From an uncultured Acidobacteriota bacterium (GTDB taxonomy: Bacteria; Acidobacteriota; Blastocatellia; RBC074): a stretch of 64,000 nucleotides of DNA. Positions within the stretch are counted from its first letter, which is position 1. Each line of letters begins with the position of its first letter. The translations under genes and the position numbers were made by a program. The notes below the pieces were generated by a model. The model saw nothing but the letters and a program-made list of their open reading frames with translations, was not told the DNA's origin and searched no databases. This document shows positions 21,712 to 31,687 of this stretch, one piece after another. The stretch spans positions 128,001 to 192,000 of the forward strand of contig CAWCKY010000002.1 of NCBI GenBank assembly GCA_963796275.1. The letters run 5' to 3'.

Positions 21712-22943
21712 AGGCCCGCCCTTCGATTCGTATTCTCAGGCTGCCTGCGCCCGACTACCTTGACTCCGTCTTGCAGCTTGTCAAACCCATCAACAGCGAC
21801 GATGTCGCCTGGGCTCACTCCCTCTACCGCTGTCACATTGCCCTCCGTTGTACCTACCGAGATATTGCGCATCGCAGCAGTCTGGTCGTGGTTCACCACG
21901 AACACATAGGCGCTCTGGGCGTTGCGCTGAATGGCCGCCGTTGGAACCAGAGTTGCTCCGCGTTGCGTCTCGATCAGGAGTCTCGCGTTCACGAACTGGT
22001 TCGGAAAAAGAGAATTGTCCTTATTCGGAAAGATCGACTTGAGCCTAATCGTCCCGGTGGTTGTGTCGATCAGATTGTCCAGGGTTAAGAGGGATCCGGT
22101 CGCAAGCCTCTTCTGTTGTGTGCGGTCAAACGCTTCAACCTCCAGACGGTGTCCCCGCCGCAACTGTTGCTGGATATTCGGCAGGTAGTCCTGAGCCACA
22201 CTGAAAATCACAGTGATCGGCTGAAGCTGTGTGATGACCAGTAGACCGCCTGTACCGCTCGCGGAGACGATATTGCCAGGGTCTACCAGTCGAAGGCCCA
22301 CGCGGCCTGAAATGGGCGAGGTGATGCGGCAATATGCAAGCTGTACCTTTGCGCTATCAACCTGCCCCTGATCGAACTTGACCGTACCTTCTAACTGGTG
22401 GACTGTTGCAACCTGGGTATCGAGCGTTTGTCTGGGTATCGCTTTCCTGGCATATGCCTCCTTGTAACGATCCAGGTCGATGTATGCGTTCTCCAACAAT
22501 GCTTTGTCGCGCGCAAATTGTCCTTCTGCTTGAGTCAGCTGTGCTTGAAAAGGCCTGGGATCGATCTCCGCCAAAAGATCGCCTTCGCGAACCATCTGCC
22601 CTTCTTGGTAGTTCACGCTCATGAGCTGTCCATCCACCCGGCTTTGGACTGTCACGGTATAGACCGGCGTCACCGTACCGAGGGCGTTGAGATAAACCCC
22701 GATATTGCCTTTCTCCGCAGCGGCTATAACGACAGCCACTGCCGGCCGGCTCGGAGCCGGATTGGCTTTCTTCATTTGCTCAGCCCTCTGACGTTGGAAG
22801 AGAAAGAACCCGCCGCCCCCTAAAAGGAGAGCTACGAGAAGCCAACCCCACCTGTGCCTCCTTCGTCGGGAAGGTTTATCCGGTGCTGTGTTGGGGACCG
22901 GAGGTGGCGATTGGTTGGAATCTGTTTGTGTGTCTTCGGGCAT
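21708..22943 (-). CDS. mdtA: MdtA-type periplasmic adaptor
   Basis: [21 protein letters not shown]; [18 protein letters not shown]; [15 protein letters not shown] overlap with mdtB. Start placed at MPEDTQ. Confidence 0.9.
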   Translation of the reverse strand: MPEDTQTDSNQSPPPVPNTAPDKPSRRRRHRWGWLLVALLLGGGGFFLFQRQRAEQMKKANPAPSRPAVAVVIAAAEKGNIGVYLNALGTVTPVYTVTVQSRVDGQLMSVNYQEGQMVREGDLLAEIDPRPFQAQLTQAEGQFARDKALLENAYIDLDRYKEAYARKAIPRQTLDTQVATVHQLEGTVKFDQGQVDSAKVQLAYCRITSPISGRVGLRLVDPGNIVSASGTGGLLVITQLQPITVIFSVAQDYLPNIQQQLRRGHRLEVEAFDRTQQKRLATGSLLTLDNLIDTTTGTIRLKSIFPNKDNSLFPNQFVNARLLIETQRGATLVPTAAIQRNAQSAYVFVVNHDQTAAMRNISVGTTEGNVTAVEGVSPGDIVAVDGFDKLQDGVKVVGRRQPENTNRRAGL

Positions 22944-22984
22944 CTTCACAAAATTGAAGAGTGCGCAAATTAAGATGACTGGAA

Positions 22985-23548
22985 TCAACTACTTATTTCA
23001 TAGAGAAACCAGATACGACGCTCCGTTTGATCCAGGATTTCCTGTAACAAGTTGCTGGTCGGCGTATCACGGTTCTGCTCGCAGATTTCTATCGCCGCCC
23101 GCTGCATCTCAGCAATATGACGGTTATCATTGAGTAACTCTTCGATCATTTTGTCCGGAGGCACGAAATCCTGGTTGTCGTCCTCGATGGTCTGCAGCTG
23201 GCTGATGTGAGTGATGCTGCGGATCGTAGTCCCGCCTATTCGGCGCATCCTCTCAGCCAGAGGGTCGATAGATTCGAAGATGGCATCCGCTTGCTCGTCA
23301 AGCAGCAGGTGGTAGTCCCGATAATGCGAACTCGCAATGTGCCAGTGAAAGTTCTTTGTCTTGGCGTAAAGCGCAAACGCGTCGGCGATCAGCGGATTGA
23401 CCGCCTCGACAATTCGTTTCACTTCTTCCGGCTTGAGGTCGGTCGGTGTAGCGAGCTGCTTGGGGGCCGGATAGGATTTGACCTGTTCACCCTTTCTGGT
23501 TGATGCAGCCTGTTGAGATGTCGTTTTGTTTGCTGTACCGGTAGCCAT
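22985..23548 (-). CDS. dps: Dps family DNA protection during starvation protein
   Basis: KTKNFHWH, YHLLLDEQ, DPLAERMRRIGG, ERRIWFL ferroxidase signature. Confidence 0.93.
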   Translation of the reverse strand: MATGTANKTTSQQAASTRKGEQVKSYPAPKQLATPTDLKPEEVKRIVEAVNPLIADAFALYAKTKNFHWHIASSHYRDYHLLLDEQADAIFESIDPLAERMRRIGGTTIRSITHISQLQTIEDDNQDFVPPDKMIEELLNDNRHIAEMQRAAIEICEQNRDTPTSNLLQEILDQTERRIWFLYEISS

Positions 23549-23578
23549 GTCTTCTCCTCTCTATTGTGCGTGGTCTCT

Positions 23579-24151
23579 TTACATCTTCTCCGGTGGGGGC
23601 GGAAACTTCTCGAACATCTTCTTCACCCCCTCATCGATAGTCTTCGCGTTTTTCTGAGGGTTGCTGCTGACCGTCTTGGTAGAAGTCCCGCGCCAGATAT
23701 ATCTCTTCTCTGCCGTATCTCCGATGTCTACTATCAAATGACCCACCGGAATTTGTTCCACCTGAGTGATAGAATTGCCCATGCCTCCTCCCCAGCGTCC
23801 CCATCCTCGTCCCCAGCCCCAGCCGCCCAGGTAACTGGTGTTGAGCTGGGTTTGTTTGTCGACGGCGCAGTGATAGACGACGATCAAATCCGGATTACTC
23901 TCAACCATTGTCAATCCCTTCGCAGCAAGCTGACTCTCGATTGCCTCATGAATCCGCTGGTTCGTAAGCGTCTCCGGCGCGGGCGTGCCCTCGCCAAAGG
24001 AGTAAGTCTTGTACTTCGAGAAGTCGGTGTTCCTGTCGAAGTCTATGGTCACTTTTTGTGCGAATGCCGTCCCGGTCATCAGCCAGAAGCAGATGCCGAG
24101 CACGACTGTTAGAGAACTAATTACCTGCCTTCTATTCTTTGTTACATTCAT
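23579..24151 (-). CDS. DUF4136 domain secreted protein
   Basis: Signal peptide ending AFA-Q; DFDRNTDFSKYKTY; G/W-rich loop; GHLIVDIGD...WRG; KKMFEKFPP. Confidence 0.8.
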   Translation of the reverse strand: MNVTKNRRQVISSLTVVLGICFWLMTGTAFAQKVTIDFDRNTDFSKYKTYSFGEGTPAPETLTNQRIHEAIESQLAAKGLTMVESNPDLIVVYHCAVDKQTQLNTSYLGGWGWGRGWGRWGGGMGNSITQVEQIPVGHLIVDIGDTAEKRYIWRGTSTKTVSSNPQKNAKTIDEGVKKMFEKFPPPPEKM

Positions 24152-24302
24152 CGCAAACCGTTCCCTTTCTTTAAGTTCTGCGGCCTCGCCGCAAATTGTC
24201 AATACAGTTAACTTCACCGATGATCCTATCAGAGGGAACGCGAGGCATCTTTCTGAATTTTGTCGAGAGTTGCTGTTTCTTGCGAGATACTTAGATGTAT
24301 TG

Positions 24303-24722
24303 TCATTTCTGAGCAGGTTTGGCTGTTCGAGATAACGAAGTGAATATCTCGCCAATGAGAAATAGATCAGTGAGCAGAGCGCGGAGATGAATCGATGCGT
24401 TCAGGTTGTCAATCAACTGCGAACTGATGGCGGGTTGGGCCAGAACCAGCTCGATGGCGGCGAGCGAGTCGCGTGCGTCACGGTCTAAAACCCCAAGGAA
24501 CGCCTCGTATCGTTCGATCGGCTCAAGGCCCACCTCTTCGACTGCCCGCGCACAGCTAACAGCCAGCCCGGATAGCGCTTTGACGGCGCGCTGCAGGTAT
24601 TCGCGGGCTTGCCCACCTGACTTGCCGCTCTCGTCACCCGGAAGCCCTTGCGCAGCGTAAGCCAGCATGAACTCATAGCATTCTTCGATCGCGTTACAGC
24701 GCTCTCCAATTTCGGCTAACAT
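24303..24722 (-). CDS. Small helical hypothetical protein at the end of the molybdoenzyme operon
   Basis: ATG 1 nt after the cytochrome b stop. IEECYEFMLAYAAQG...ISSQLIDNLNASIHLRALLTDLFL. Confidence 0.7.
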   Translation of the reverse strand: MLAEIGERCNAIEECYEFMLAYAAQGLPGDESGKSGGQAREYLQRAVKALSGLAVSCARAVEEVGLEPIERYEAFLGVLDRDARDSLAAIELVLAQPAISSQLIDNLNASIHLRALLTDLFLIGEIFTSLSRTAKPAQK

Positions 24723-24723
24723 C

Positions 24724-25602
24724 TTATGGATTGCCCTCCGCCTCCCCCGCCCCCCCTGCTCTTTTGAAGGAAGTCGATGATGAAGTTGTAGTCTCGATGG
24801 CCCATCGCTCCGGATCGTGCTCTTCCAGATAAAATTCACGGCTCATCGAACCTACGATCATTGATTTCGTGATGGGGAGCTTTTCCGGTCGAACGGCAAA
24901 GTAGACGTGCACCATAACCAACGCGATCAGTCCCACGCCCGCCAGCCCGTGCATCACATAGATCAGCCCCCAGGTCATATCGCTGAAGAGATACGGATTG
25001 CGTGGGAAGAAGATCGTACGCACGCGAAACATCATAAACACTCCCGTGATGATCGCCGACAGGCCGGTGGCGATTATCGCGAGATGATAGAGCTTGTTGT
25101 CCAGGGGATATTTGGCGAATTTCCGCGGCGGCGGATATGCATATCCCAAAAACCGCCGAATCCTTCTCCAGGCGTCTCGCAAATCTATTTTGTCCGGCCA
25201 GATAGACCAGAAGTCCAGCCAAAAGGAGGCATGGATGATGTGAAAGAGAATGGAAGCGGTCAACACGGTCCCCGCGATCCAATGATAGGTCACCCAGTCA
25301 AACTGGTACCCCACTTTAGGCAGGAAGGCGGTGACCAGCAGCGTGAGCATTGAGGCTGCCATAATCCAGTGAAACAGCCGCGCGGCCAGCGAGTGCCTGG
25401 GAATCCGATCTGGTAACCGGTCCGCGAACTCCAGCGACTCACCTTCAGCAAACTCCCTATCCTTGGCGAAATACCGCACGTAGATGGCGTGAACGACGAG
25501 GAAGATCAATCCAGCGATCGCTGCCGCCCAGATCAAGAACCATGCAATGTGGATGGGTACATTCTCACCCCACGGACTAGTGGCCCACTCTATGATGTCC
25601 AT
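24724..25602 (-). CDS. FdnI-like di-heme cytochrome b membrane subunit
   Basis: TM helices carrying histidines: RHSLAARLFHW, YHWIAG, KYPLDNKLYH, VMHGLAG, MVHVYFA. Confidence 0.85.
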   Translation of the reverse strand: MDIIEWATSPWGENVPIHIAWFLIWAAAIAGLIFLVVHAIYVRYFAKDREFAEGESLEFADRLPDRIPRHSLAARLFHWIMAASMLTLLVTAFLPKVGYQFDWVTYHWIAGTVLTASILFHIIHASFWLDFWSIWPDKIDLRDAWRRIRRFLGYAYPPPRKFAKYPLDNKLYHLAIIATGLSAIITGVFMMFRVRTIFFPRNPYLFSDMTWGLIYVMHGLAGVGLIALVMVHVYFAVRPEKLPITKSMIVGSMSREFYLEEHDPERWAIETTTSSSTSFKRAGGAGEAEGNP

Positions 25603-26615
25603 GTTACTTCCTCCACTCCGCCGATGGCGCGTTTCACCAGATTCCTCATCAGCGGGATCTTGTAAGCGTTGAACTGTAACGGGATTGCTCCCTGCACGGC
25701 TAGTCTCCCCGCCATCTCACCGGTCTCCGCGCTCGGCGGCTTGCCGCGAACTGCGTCTTCGACCGCCTTCAACCGCAGCGGACGAGCGGCCGCGCCGTTC
25801 ACCGCTATGCGGATTCGCTCGATCCTCTCTCCTGCTACCACCATGGCCGAGGCCACGTTCAACAAGGGAAAGTCCCACACGTTCCGGTCTCGCACTTTCT
25901 CAAAATAGAATTTCGCACCGTTCCCTGCGGACCATGTCGATGGAATCCTAATGGCTGTCAGAAGATCTCCCGGCTGCAAGATGTGCATTCGGGTGATGTC
26001 GATCTCCGGTCCGATGAAGTAGTCCTCGGCATCCACGACGCGCTCACCCTTCGGCGTCCGGATGGCGAATTTAGCGTCCAGTGCGATGAGTGCCGGAGCA
26101 GAATCGGACGGATTGACGGCCACGCAGCGGTCCGCGTGGAGAATCGCGTGCTCGCGGTTCCGGGCCGTCGGTGTGTCGGCATAGCAAATGTTCCCTCCGG
26201 CACGATAGCACGGCCAACCCGCCCGGTAATACCAGCAACGTGCGTCCTGCGACACATTGCCGCCGATCGTGCCCTGGTTCCTGATCTGCGGCGATGCTAC
26301 CAATTCCGCTCCCTGCGCCAGCAGACCGTAGTTTTGTTTGATGATCGGATTCTTCACCACTTCGGTGAGTGTGGTCATCGCGCCGATCTCGATGCCGTCA
26401 CGGGTTGTACGAACTCCCTTGAGTTCACCGATTCCGCTCAGATCGATCACCACCTTCGGTCTCTTGATACGATCCTTGAGCCAGTCGAAGCTATCCATCC
26501 CTCCGGCCAGTATCCAGGCATCTTGCCCATATTGTTCGAGAAGCTTCTGGGCATCAGCTACTGAGGCCGGTTGAAGCAGCTCGAAAGCGGGCATGACATC
26601 TCGTATTACAGCCAT
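25590..26615 (-). CDS. Xanthine dehydrogenase family FAD subunit (PaoB/YagS-like, with a 4Fe-4S Cys cluster)
   Basis: ILAGGMD; ASPQIRNQGTIGGN; RCWYYR..PCYRAGGNIC...CVAVNPSD; NAYKIPL. Confidence 0.9.
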   Translation of the reverse strand: MAVIRDVMPAFELLQPASVADAQKLLEQYGQDAWILAGGMDSFDWLKDRIKRPKVVIDLSGIGELKGVRTTRDGIEIGAMTTLTEVVKNPIIKQNYGLLAQGAELVASPQIRNQGTIGGNVSQDARCWYYRAGWPCYRAGGNICYADTPTARNREHAILHADRCVAVNPSDSAPALIALDAKFAIRTPKGERVVDAEDYFIGPEIDITRMHILQPGDLLTAIRIPSTWSAGNGAKFYFEKVRDRNVWDFPLLNVASAMVVAGERIERIRIAVNGAAARPLRLKAVEDAVRGKPPSAETGEMAGRLAVQGAIPLQFNAYKIPLMRNLVKRAIGGVEEVTWTS

Positions 26616-26632
26616 GGCTCTCCTCAGGAAAT

Positions 26633-26710
26633 ATTTTTCAGTTTTCAGTTTTCAGTTTTCAGTTGCCGATCGAGACATCCCAAATGAAAACTGAAACTGA
26701 AAACGGGAAA
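26633..26710. repeat. Palindromic element (TTTTCAG)n-spacer-(CTGAAAA)n, second copy
   Basis: atttttcagttttcagttttcagttttcagtt ... aaatgaaaactgaaactgaaaacgggaaa between the Mo and FAD subunit genes. Confidence 0.75.
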
Positions 26711-26712
26711 CT

Positions 26713-29223
26713 TTAAATGAATGCCATCAAGGGATGCTGCATGGGCCGCCCCGCCTCCAACGATGTCAGAATGGTGTCGGCATTGACGGGGGCGCGCCGG
26801 AAGATATCGTCCCCTAGCGCATCCGAGAGGGCATTTAAGATAGAAGCACATCCGCCTCCAACAGGTGGTTCGCCTATACCGCGAGCGCCAACTGGCGTCT
26901 CCGGATCCGGGATATCCAGCGCCATCCATTGCATAGTGTGTGGTACATCCAGAATCGTCGGCGGCTTGTTTTGGTAGAAACGTGTGGAGACCATGATGCC
27001 GTAATGGGGATCGAAGACCCACTTCTGGCCGATCGCATGACCAATACCCAGCGTCGAGCGACCAAGCACCTGACCGCCGTGCGCGGCTGGGTGGATCACA
27101 GTCCCGGTGTCGGCAGATGCAAGGAAATCCACTATATAGTAATTGCCGGTCTCGAGATCGACCTCGACTTCGGCAAAGCTGGCGACATATGAATAGGTCA
27201 TACCGTCTCGCCCATAGTTGTCGCGAGCGGCCACAACCAGGCCCTGGCCAGCGAGTGCAGCCACCGACGCCCTGGTAAAACTGTTCACATCCGCGCTGGC
27301 TTCGTGTCCGTCGTAGATGCCACCCAGTTGAATGGCGCGCTGGGCAGCATGCGCCAAAGTCATGCCGGCGCCGCCCTTCCGAAAAACACGCTCGTTCGCG
27401 ACCTCGTAATCCTCCGGCCTGCCGCCGAGACTCATGGCGGCGATCTCCCGGAGCCGCTTCCTTGCCTCCATCGCCACCGCGTGTGCCGCCCGTGTCATCG
27501 CGTGAGTCGTCTGGCTGCCGCCGGAGACGCAGGTATACGGAAAGTTTTTCGAGGTGTCGCCCCAGACGACGTCGCACTTCTCCCACGGCACGCCGAGAAC
27601 CTCCGCGCCCACACGGTGAACGTCGATCACCGACTCCGTACCCAGGTTGCCGATTCCGGACAGGAATGAAACCCTGCCATCAGGATTGATAACTAACAGC
27701 CCGTCGAAGCCGATCGTGCCACCGACGTAACAGCTAAGCGATACACCGACACCACGCGCCTTCGAGCCGATTCGTTTAGGGTTGCGCGCTGCTCTCTCCT
27801 TCCATTTGAACTGTTCTGCGCCGCGGTCGAGCGCCTCCTTGAGGAATGCGCTCGTTGCATGCTGCCGCTTTCCCTGCACCTGGGGTCCGAACTCCGCCTT
27901 GCCCTCCGGACAGTTGATTCGGCGGATGGCGACCTGGTCGATCCCGAGCTTGCGCGCAGCATGCGCGATAATCGGTTCGATGATGGTAATCCCCTGCATT
28001 CCGCCAGGTGCGCTCTGCGCGCTCCGTGGCGGCGTGTTCGTCAGAACCGTCACACCGCGCCAGCGCATCGCTTGCGGTTGATACAGAAGAGAGACGATAC
28101 GACCCGACGTGGGAGCATCGCCCTGCGCGTCGTAGGGACCGTTATTGGAAATTACGAACATGTCGAGCGCCGTGATCCTCCCCTCCCTGGAGAAGCCCAC
28201 TTTCATTCGGCCTTGAAAACCGGGGCGCGCGCGTCCGATGAAGGTCTCCTCCTCGCGGCTAATGCGCATCATTACCGGGGCGTTGGCCTTCTTCGACAGG
28301 AGCGCTGGGATGATCATCGTGACTCCGCCGGTTATCTTGCTGCCGAAACCGCCACCTGTATATTCGCTGATAAAGACGACTTTGCTCTGGTCCATGTTCA
28401 ACCATCGGGCGAGGACAGGTAGTGTCCGAGCCGTGCTCTGAGTGCCCGAGTGAACGTAGACCTTGCCGTTCTGCCAGTAAGCCATTGCACTGCGCGGTTC
28501 GAGGGTCTGATGGCTGGTGTCCGGAGTAACGAACGTTTCATCGAGTATAAGCGCAGCATTCTTGAAACCCGCATCGAGGTCGCCGTACGCCCATTCGTCT
28601 GGCGCCTTGCCCATCGGCAACCGGCCGTCCTTGTACTCAGCGAAGTCCGCCTCGGTCCACTTGAGTTCCGCGACCAGGGGTAGCGATTGACCCTGCGGGG
28701 GGAGCCAGATGTTGCCGTCGGTTCTCGCGTTCGGCCCACCGGGACGAAGAGTCTCCAGTGGGTCGACGACGAACGGAAGACGCTCAAAATCGATGCGAAT
28801 TTTTTCGATCGCTTCCGCGGCTGTGAGCTCGTCAATCGCGGCCACAGCGAGGATCGGTTCACCCTGGTAGAGCGGCTCCATGGTGAGCGCCCGTTCAACC
28901 CACTTGCTGGCCTTGATCACTGTTCCATTATCTGTGAGCGTATCAGCTGGAGGTGGCAGATCATCCGCCGTCAGAATCGCTTTGACGCCGGGCATAGCGA
29001 GCGCCTCGCTCGTATCGATGCGCTTGATACGCGCATGCGGCAACGGGCTGAGCAATAGCTTGCAGAACAGCATGCCTTCGGCGCGATAGTCTTCGGCGTA
29101 CTTCGCCTTCCCCGTGACCTTCGCATAGAGATCGGCGGTCGTGTAGTTTTTGCCGATCAACTTGTACTGAGGCGCGTCTTTAGAACGCGCCGCTTTGACA
29201 GGCTCTCTTACCTTATCCGGCAC
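26713..29223 (-). CDS. Xanthine dehydrogenase family molybdopterin-binding subunit (PaoC-like)
   Basis: KVTGKAKYAED; GGGFGSK; SGGSQTT; EVEVDLETG; GARGIGEPP with catalytic Glu. GTG start. Confidence 0.92.
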   Translation of the reverse strand: MPDKVREPVKAARSKDAPQYKLIGKNYTTADLYAKVTGKAKYAEDYRAEGMLFCKLLLSPLPHARIKRIDTSEALAMPGVKAILTADDLPPPADTLTDNGTVIKASKWVERALTMEPLYQGEPILAVAAIDELTAAEAIEKIRIDFERLPFVVDPLETLRPGGPNARTDGNIWLPPQGQSLPLVAELKWTEADFAEYKDGRLPMGKAPDEWAYGDLDAGFKNAALILDETFVTPDTSHQTLEPRSAMAYWQNGKVYVHSGTQSTARTLPVLARWLNMDQSKVVFISEYTGGGFGSKITGGVTMIIPALLSKKANAPVMMRISREEETFIGRARPGFQGRMKVGFSREGRITALDMFVISNNGPYDAQGDAPTSGRIVSLLYQPQAMRWRGVTVLTNTPPRSAQSAPGGMQGITIIEPIIAHAARKLGIDQVAIRRINCPEGKAEFGPQVQGKRQHATSAFLKEALDRGAEQFKWKERAARNPKRIGSKARGVGVSLSCYVGGTIGFDGLLVINPDGRVSFLSGIGNLGTESVIDVHRVGAEVLGVPWEKCDVVWGDTSKNFPYTCVSGGSQTTHAMTRAAHAVAMEARKRLREIAAMSLGGRPEDYEVANERVFRKGGAGMTLAHAAQRAIQLGGIYDGHEASADVNSFTRASVAALAGQGLVVAARDNYGRDGMTYSYVASFAEVEVDLETGNYYIVDFLASADTGTVIHPAAHGGQVLGRSTLGIGHAIGQKWVFDPHYGIMVSTRFYQNKPPTILDVPHTMQWMALDIPDPETPVGARGIGEPPVGGGCASILNALSDALGDDIFRRAPVNADTILTSLEAGRPMQHPLMAFI

Positions 29224-29869
29224 CGTTAGTCCTCCTCATTATCTCCGCGCCGCGCATTATCGCGGTGAGTATCTTGTCATAGTCCTGGCACCGGCAAAGG
29301 TTACCTGAAATGCCATGCGCCAATTCTGAGCGCGTGGGATTGGTGTTTGTTTTCAGGAACCCGACCGCCGACATAATGAAGCCCGACATACAGAATGCGC
29401 ACTGAAACCCTTGTTCCTCGACGATCCCCTGCTGCACCGGGTGCAGTGTTCCGTCGACGCGCGCCAGGCCCTCGATCGTCACAACTTTTCGGCCGCGCAC
29501 CGTGTGTGTGAGTATCGAGCACGAATAGTGGGGCACATCTTCAATGAGAACAGTACAGGCGCCGCATTCAGCGCGGTCGCAGCCGAGCTTGGTGCCAGTG
29601 AGGCCCAGCTTGTAACGCAGCGTCCACGCCAGCGTCTCTTGCTTCATAACATCGACTCGCCGCTGCTGGCCGTTGACGTTTACCGTGATCAGTCGCTCTC
29701 CTGCACCAGCGGCCGGTCTCTGGCCCGGTCCCTGGCTATGGATAAGAGTGGAGGCGCGGAACAGATAACTCGCTGAAGAAACTGCCGCGCCTCCAGCAAT
29801 GACCCCTTTGATGAAATTGCGTCTCGAAACTGACTTCGGAGTGTCATCGATTATCTTATCTGTCTTCAT
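29213..29869 (-). CDS. (2Fe-2S)-binding subunit with Tat signal (PaoA-like)
   Basis: SRRNFIK twin-arginine motif; GTKLGCDRAECGACTV; FQCAFCMSG; GNLCRC. Confidence 0.92.
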   Translation of the reverse strand: MKTDKIIDDTPKSVSRRNFIKGVIAGGAAVSSASYLFRASTLIHSQGPGQRPAAGAGERLITVNVNGQQRRVDVMKQETLAWTLRYKLGLTGTKLGCDRAECGACTVLIEDVPHYSCSILTHTVRGRKVVTIEGLARVDGTLHPVQQGIVEEQGFQCAFCMSGFIMSAVGFLKTNTNPTRSELAHGISGNLCRCQDYDKILTAIMRGAEIMRRTNGAG

Positions 29870-30031
29870 ATCTGGTTCATGTCTATCAATTCTGCCGTTT
29901 CAAAGCTTATTTCTAGCAGAGGCAGGGTACCCGGGTCTTACATAAATTTGCGGCTAATTGCTCTCTTTTGCTAGCTATCAATGGAGGACGCTTCTTTTGA
30001 AGGATGCTGGGGAAACAGGTAGGTAAGGTAG

Positions 30032-30110
30032 AAACAAAAAAGGCAGAAAAAAACAAAGGGAGAAAAAGGCTCTTTTTTCATTCTCTTTGCTTCTTTTTGC
30101 CTTTTTTTAC
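30032..30110. repeat. Imperfect A-rich/T-rich palindromic element
   Basis: aaacaaaaaaggcagaaaaaaacaaagggagaaaaag ... cttttttcattctctttgcttctttttgccttttttt immediately downstream of the TIGR03118 gene. Confidence 0.55.
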
Positions 30111-30130
30111 TTATGAAAGTATGCGCCTTG

Positions 30131-31258
30131 TCACCTGGCACTTTCAGCTGCGCCGCCCGGTGCTGAGACAGCTTCGATGCGTCCATAAAGTCCGCCATTC
30201 CCCTCATTGGGACCAGCGGTGAAGAACAGCACGTTGGTTGACTGCGCTAGAATCCCATTGCCGAAAGCAATCCCCCACAAACCTTCAATCCTGATCGGTT
30301 CGCCATTGCTATCGCGGAGTTGATCGATGAACTCGCCGGTCGCTACGTCAAACGCATTGATCCAGCCATCACCGAAATTTCCGACCAACAGTCGATTGCT
30401 GAAGCGTCCGAAATCGGCTGGAGCAATCGTAACTCCCCACGGTGCGTTGAGCGCACCGCGCGAAGCCACACGACGGATCAGATTTCCATTGGCATCGAAA
30501 ACATTGACGAATCCTAGCCCTGGACCCGGGACATCTTGCTCGGCATTCTCGTCCTGTTTGGCATAGGTCACGTAAAGATTGCCGTTGAGATTTTGAATGC
30601 CGAACGGCGCGAAGCCTTCGGGAATTTCGCTATCCTGGAATGAGCCGGTAAGCGTAGCCGGTTGAAAATTCGCATCGAAGACATCAATTTTGGCGTTGTG
30701 AAAATCGGCCGCGTAAAGGAAATTCGCATCGCCGTTGGACGCCAGCGCCAGTCCTGTATAAATAGCTCCTGAAGCCGAATTATTCACCGCCAGGATAGCA
30801 TTGGTGGGATTAACGCTCGGCGCCCAGCCAGAAATCGTGCCATCCAGGCTGGCGAAAATAAACACGCTCGTTGCAGGAGCGCCATCTCCTTGCTGCACGG
30901 CAAAATCGCCGGAGCCGTTGAAAACAATTCCGGTCGGTCGGCCTGGCGTCCCACCACCTGCGGCTGACGGGATTGCTACCACCAGCGTTTGCGGATTCCC
31001 CAGGCCATCATACAGAGATGCTTGGCCTGTGCCATTATCAGCCACCCAGACGAAGCCAGCCGGATTGAAAGACACGCCCCAGCCATTGATCAAATTCGGG
31101 TCAGTGTGAACAGCAGCAACGCTGCCGTCGGAAACGAGATTCTCGACGCGATACACATTCGGGCGATTATCAGTGACAAACTGCAAGACCAGACTCAACA
31201 GCAAAGACGAGGTTAGAACGGTTCGGTTTCTTACGAAAAAATTGGTGATTCGAGTCAT
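30131..31258 (-). CDS. TIGR03118 family secreted beta-propeller protein
   Basis: NLVSDG...DPNLINGWG; WVADNGTG; PTGIVFN; FAPFGIQN; LNAPWG; LLVGNFGDG; GLWGIAFGNG. Confidence 0.88.
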   Translation of the reverse strand: MTRITNFFVRNRTVLTSSLLLSLVLQFVTDNRPNVYRVENLVSDGSVAAVHTDPNLINGWGVSFNPAGFVWVADNGTGQASLYDGLGNPQTLVVAIPSAAGGGTPGRPTGIVFNGSGDFAVQQGDGAPATSVFIFASLDGTISGWAPSVNPTNAILAVNNSASGAIYTGLALASNGDANFLYAADFHNAKIDVFDANFQPATLTGSFQDSEIPEGFAPFGIQNLNGNLYVTYAKQDENAEQDVPGPGLGFVNVFDANGNLIRRVASRGALNAPWGVTIAPADFGRFSNRLLVGNFGDGWINAFDVATGEFIDQLRDSNGEPIRIEGLWGIAFGNGILAQSTNVLFFTAGPNEGNGGLYGRIEAVSAPGGAAESAR

Positions 31259-31446
31259 AGATTCCTCCTTTGGATATATGTATTGTTTTTACGCAATCGG
31301 CTCGATCGCAGCGTGGGAATCCATCGCTAGTAAAACCAACAAACGAAAGAAACTCACAGCATTTTTTGGAAATGCAATATTGATGCGAAGGAGCCCATTG
31401 CTATTGGAGGTTGGCTCTACGCTAGGGATTGGCACGGTCTGCTACG

Positions 31447-31461
31447 GCAACGTCCGTGCCA
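31447..31461 (-). promoter_or_regulatory. sigma-54 (-24/-12) promoter for the TIGR03118 gene
   Basis: Minus strand TGGCACGGACGTTGC = GG-N10-GC, about 190 nt upstream of the ATG. Confidence 0.7.
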
Positions 31462-31643
31462 TCCTCACTGAAGCTTCGCTCTCCTTCAATGTGAGAGTAG
31501 AAAATGGCGAGGTCCGGCGTCTAAAGTTATGGGTGGAGCAGGCGAACAACGAATACGTTTAAAGAATGTTGGCTATAAACAAAATCGACAGTTGGATCCC
31601 CCATCCCCTCAAGTGGTCGGCAGCATGAACCAGTGGCTTGAGA

Positions 31644-31687
31644 CAGGCTTGACTCATTCTTACATCAGGCTTGACTCATTCTTACAT
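31644..31687. repeat. Perfect 22-nt tandem duplication
   Basis: CAGGCTTGACTCATTCTTACAT twice (31644-31665, 31666-31687). Confidence 0.9.
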
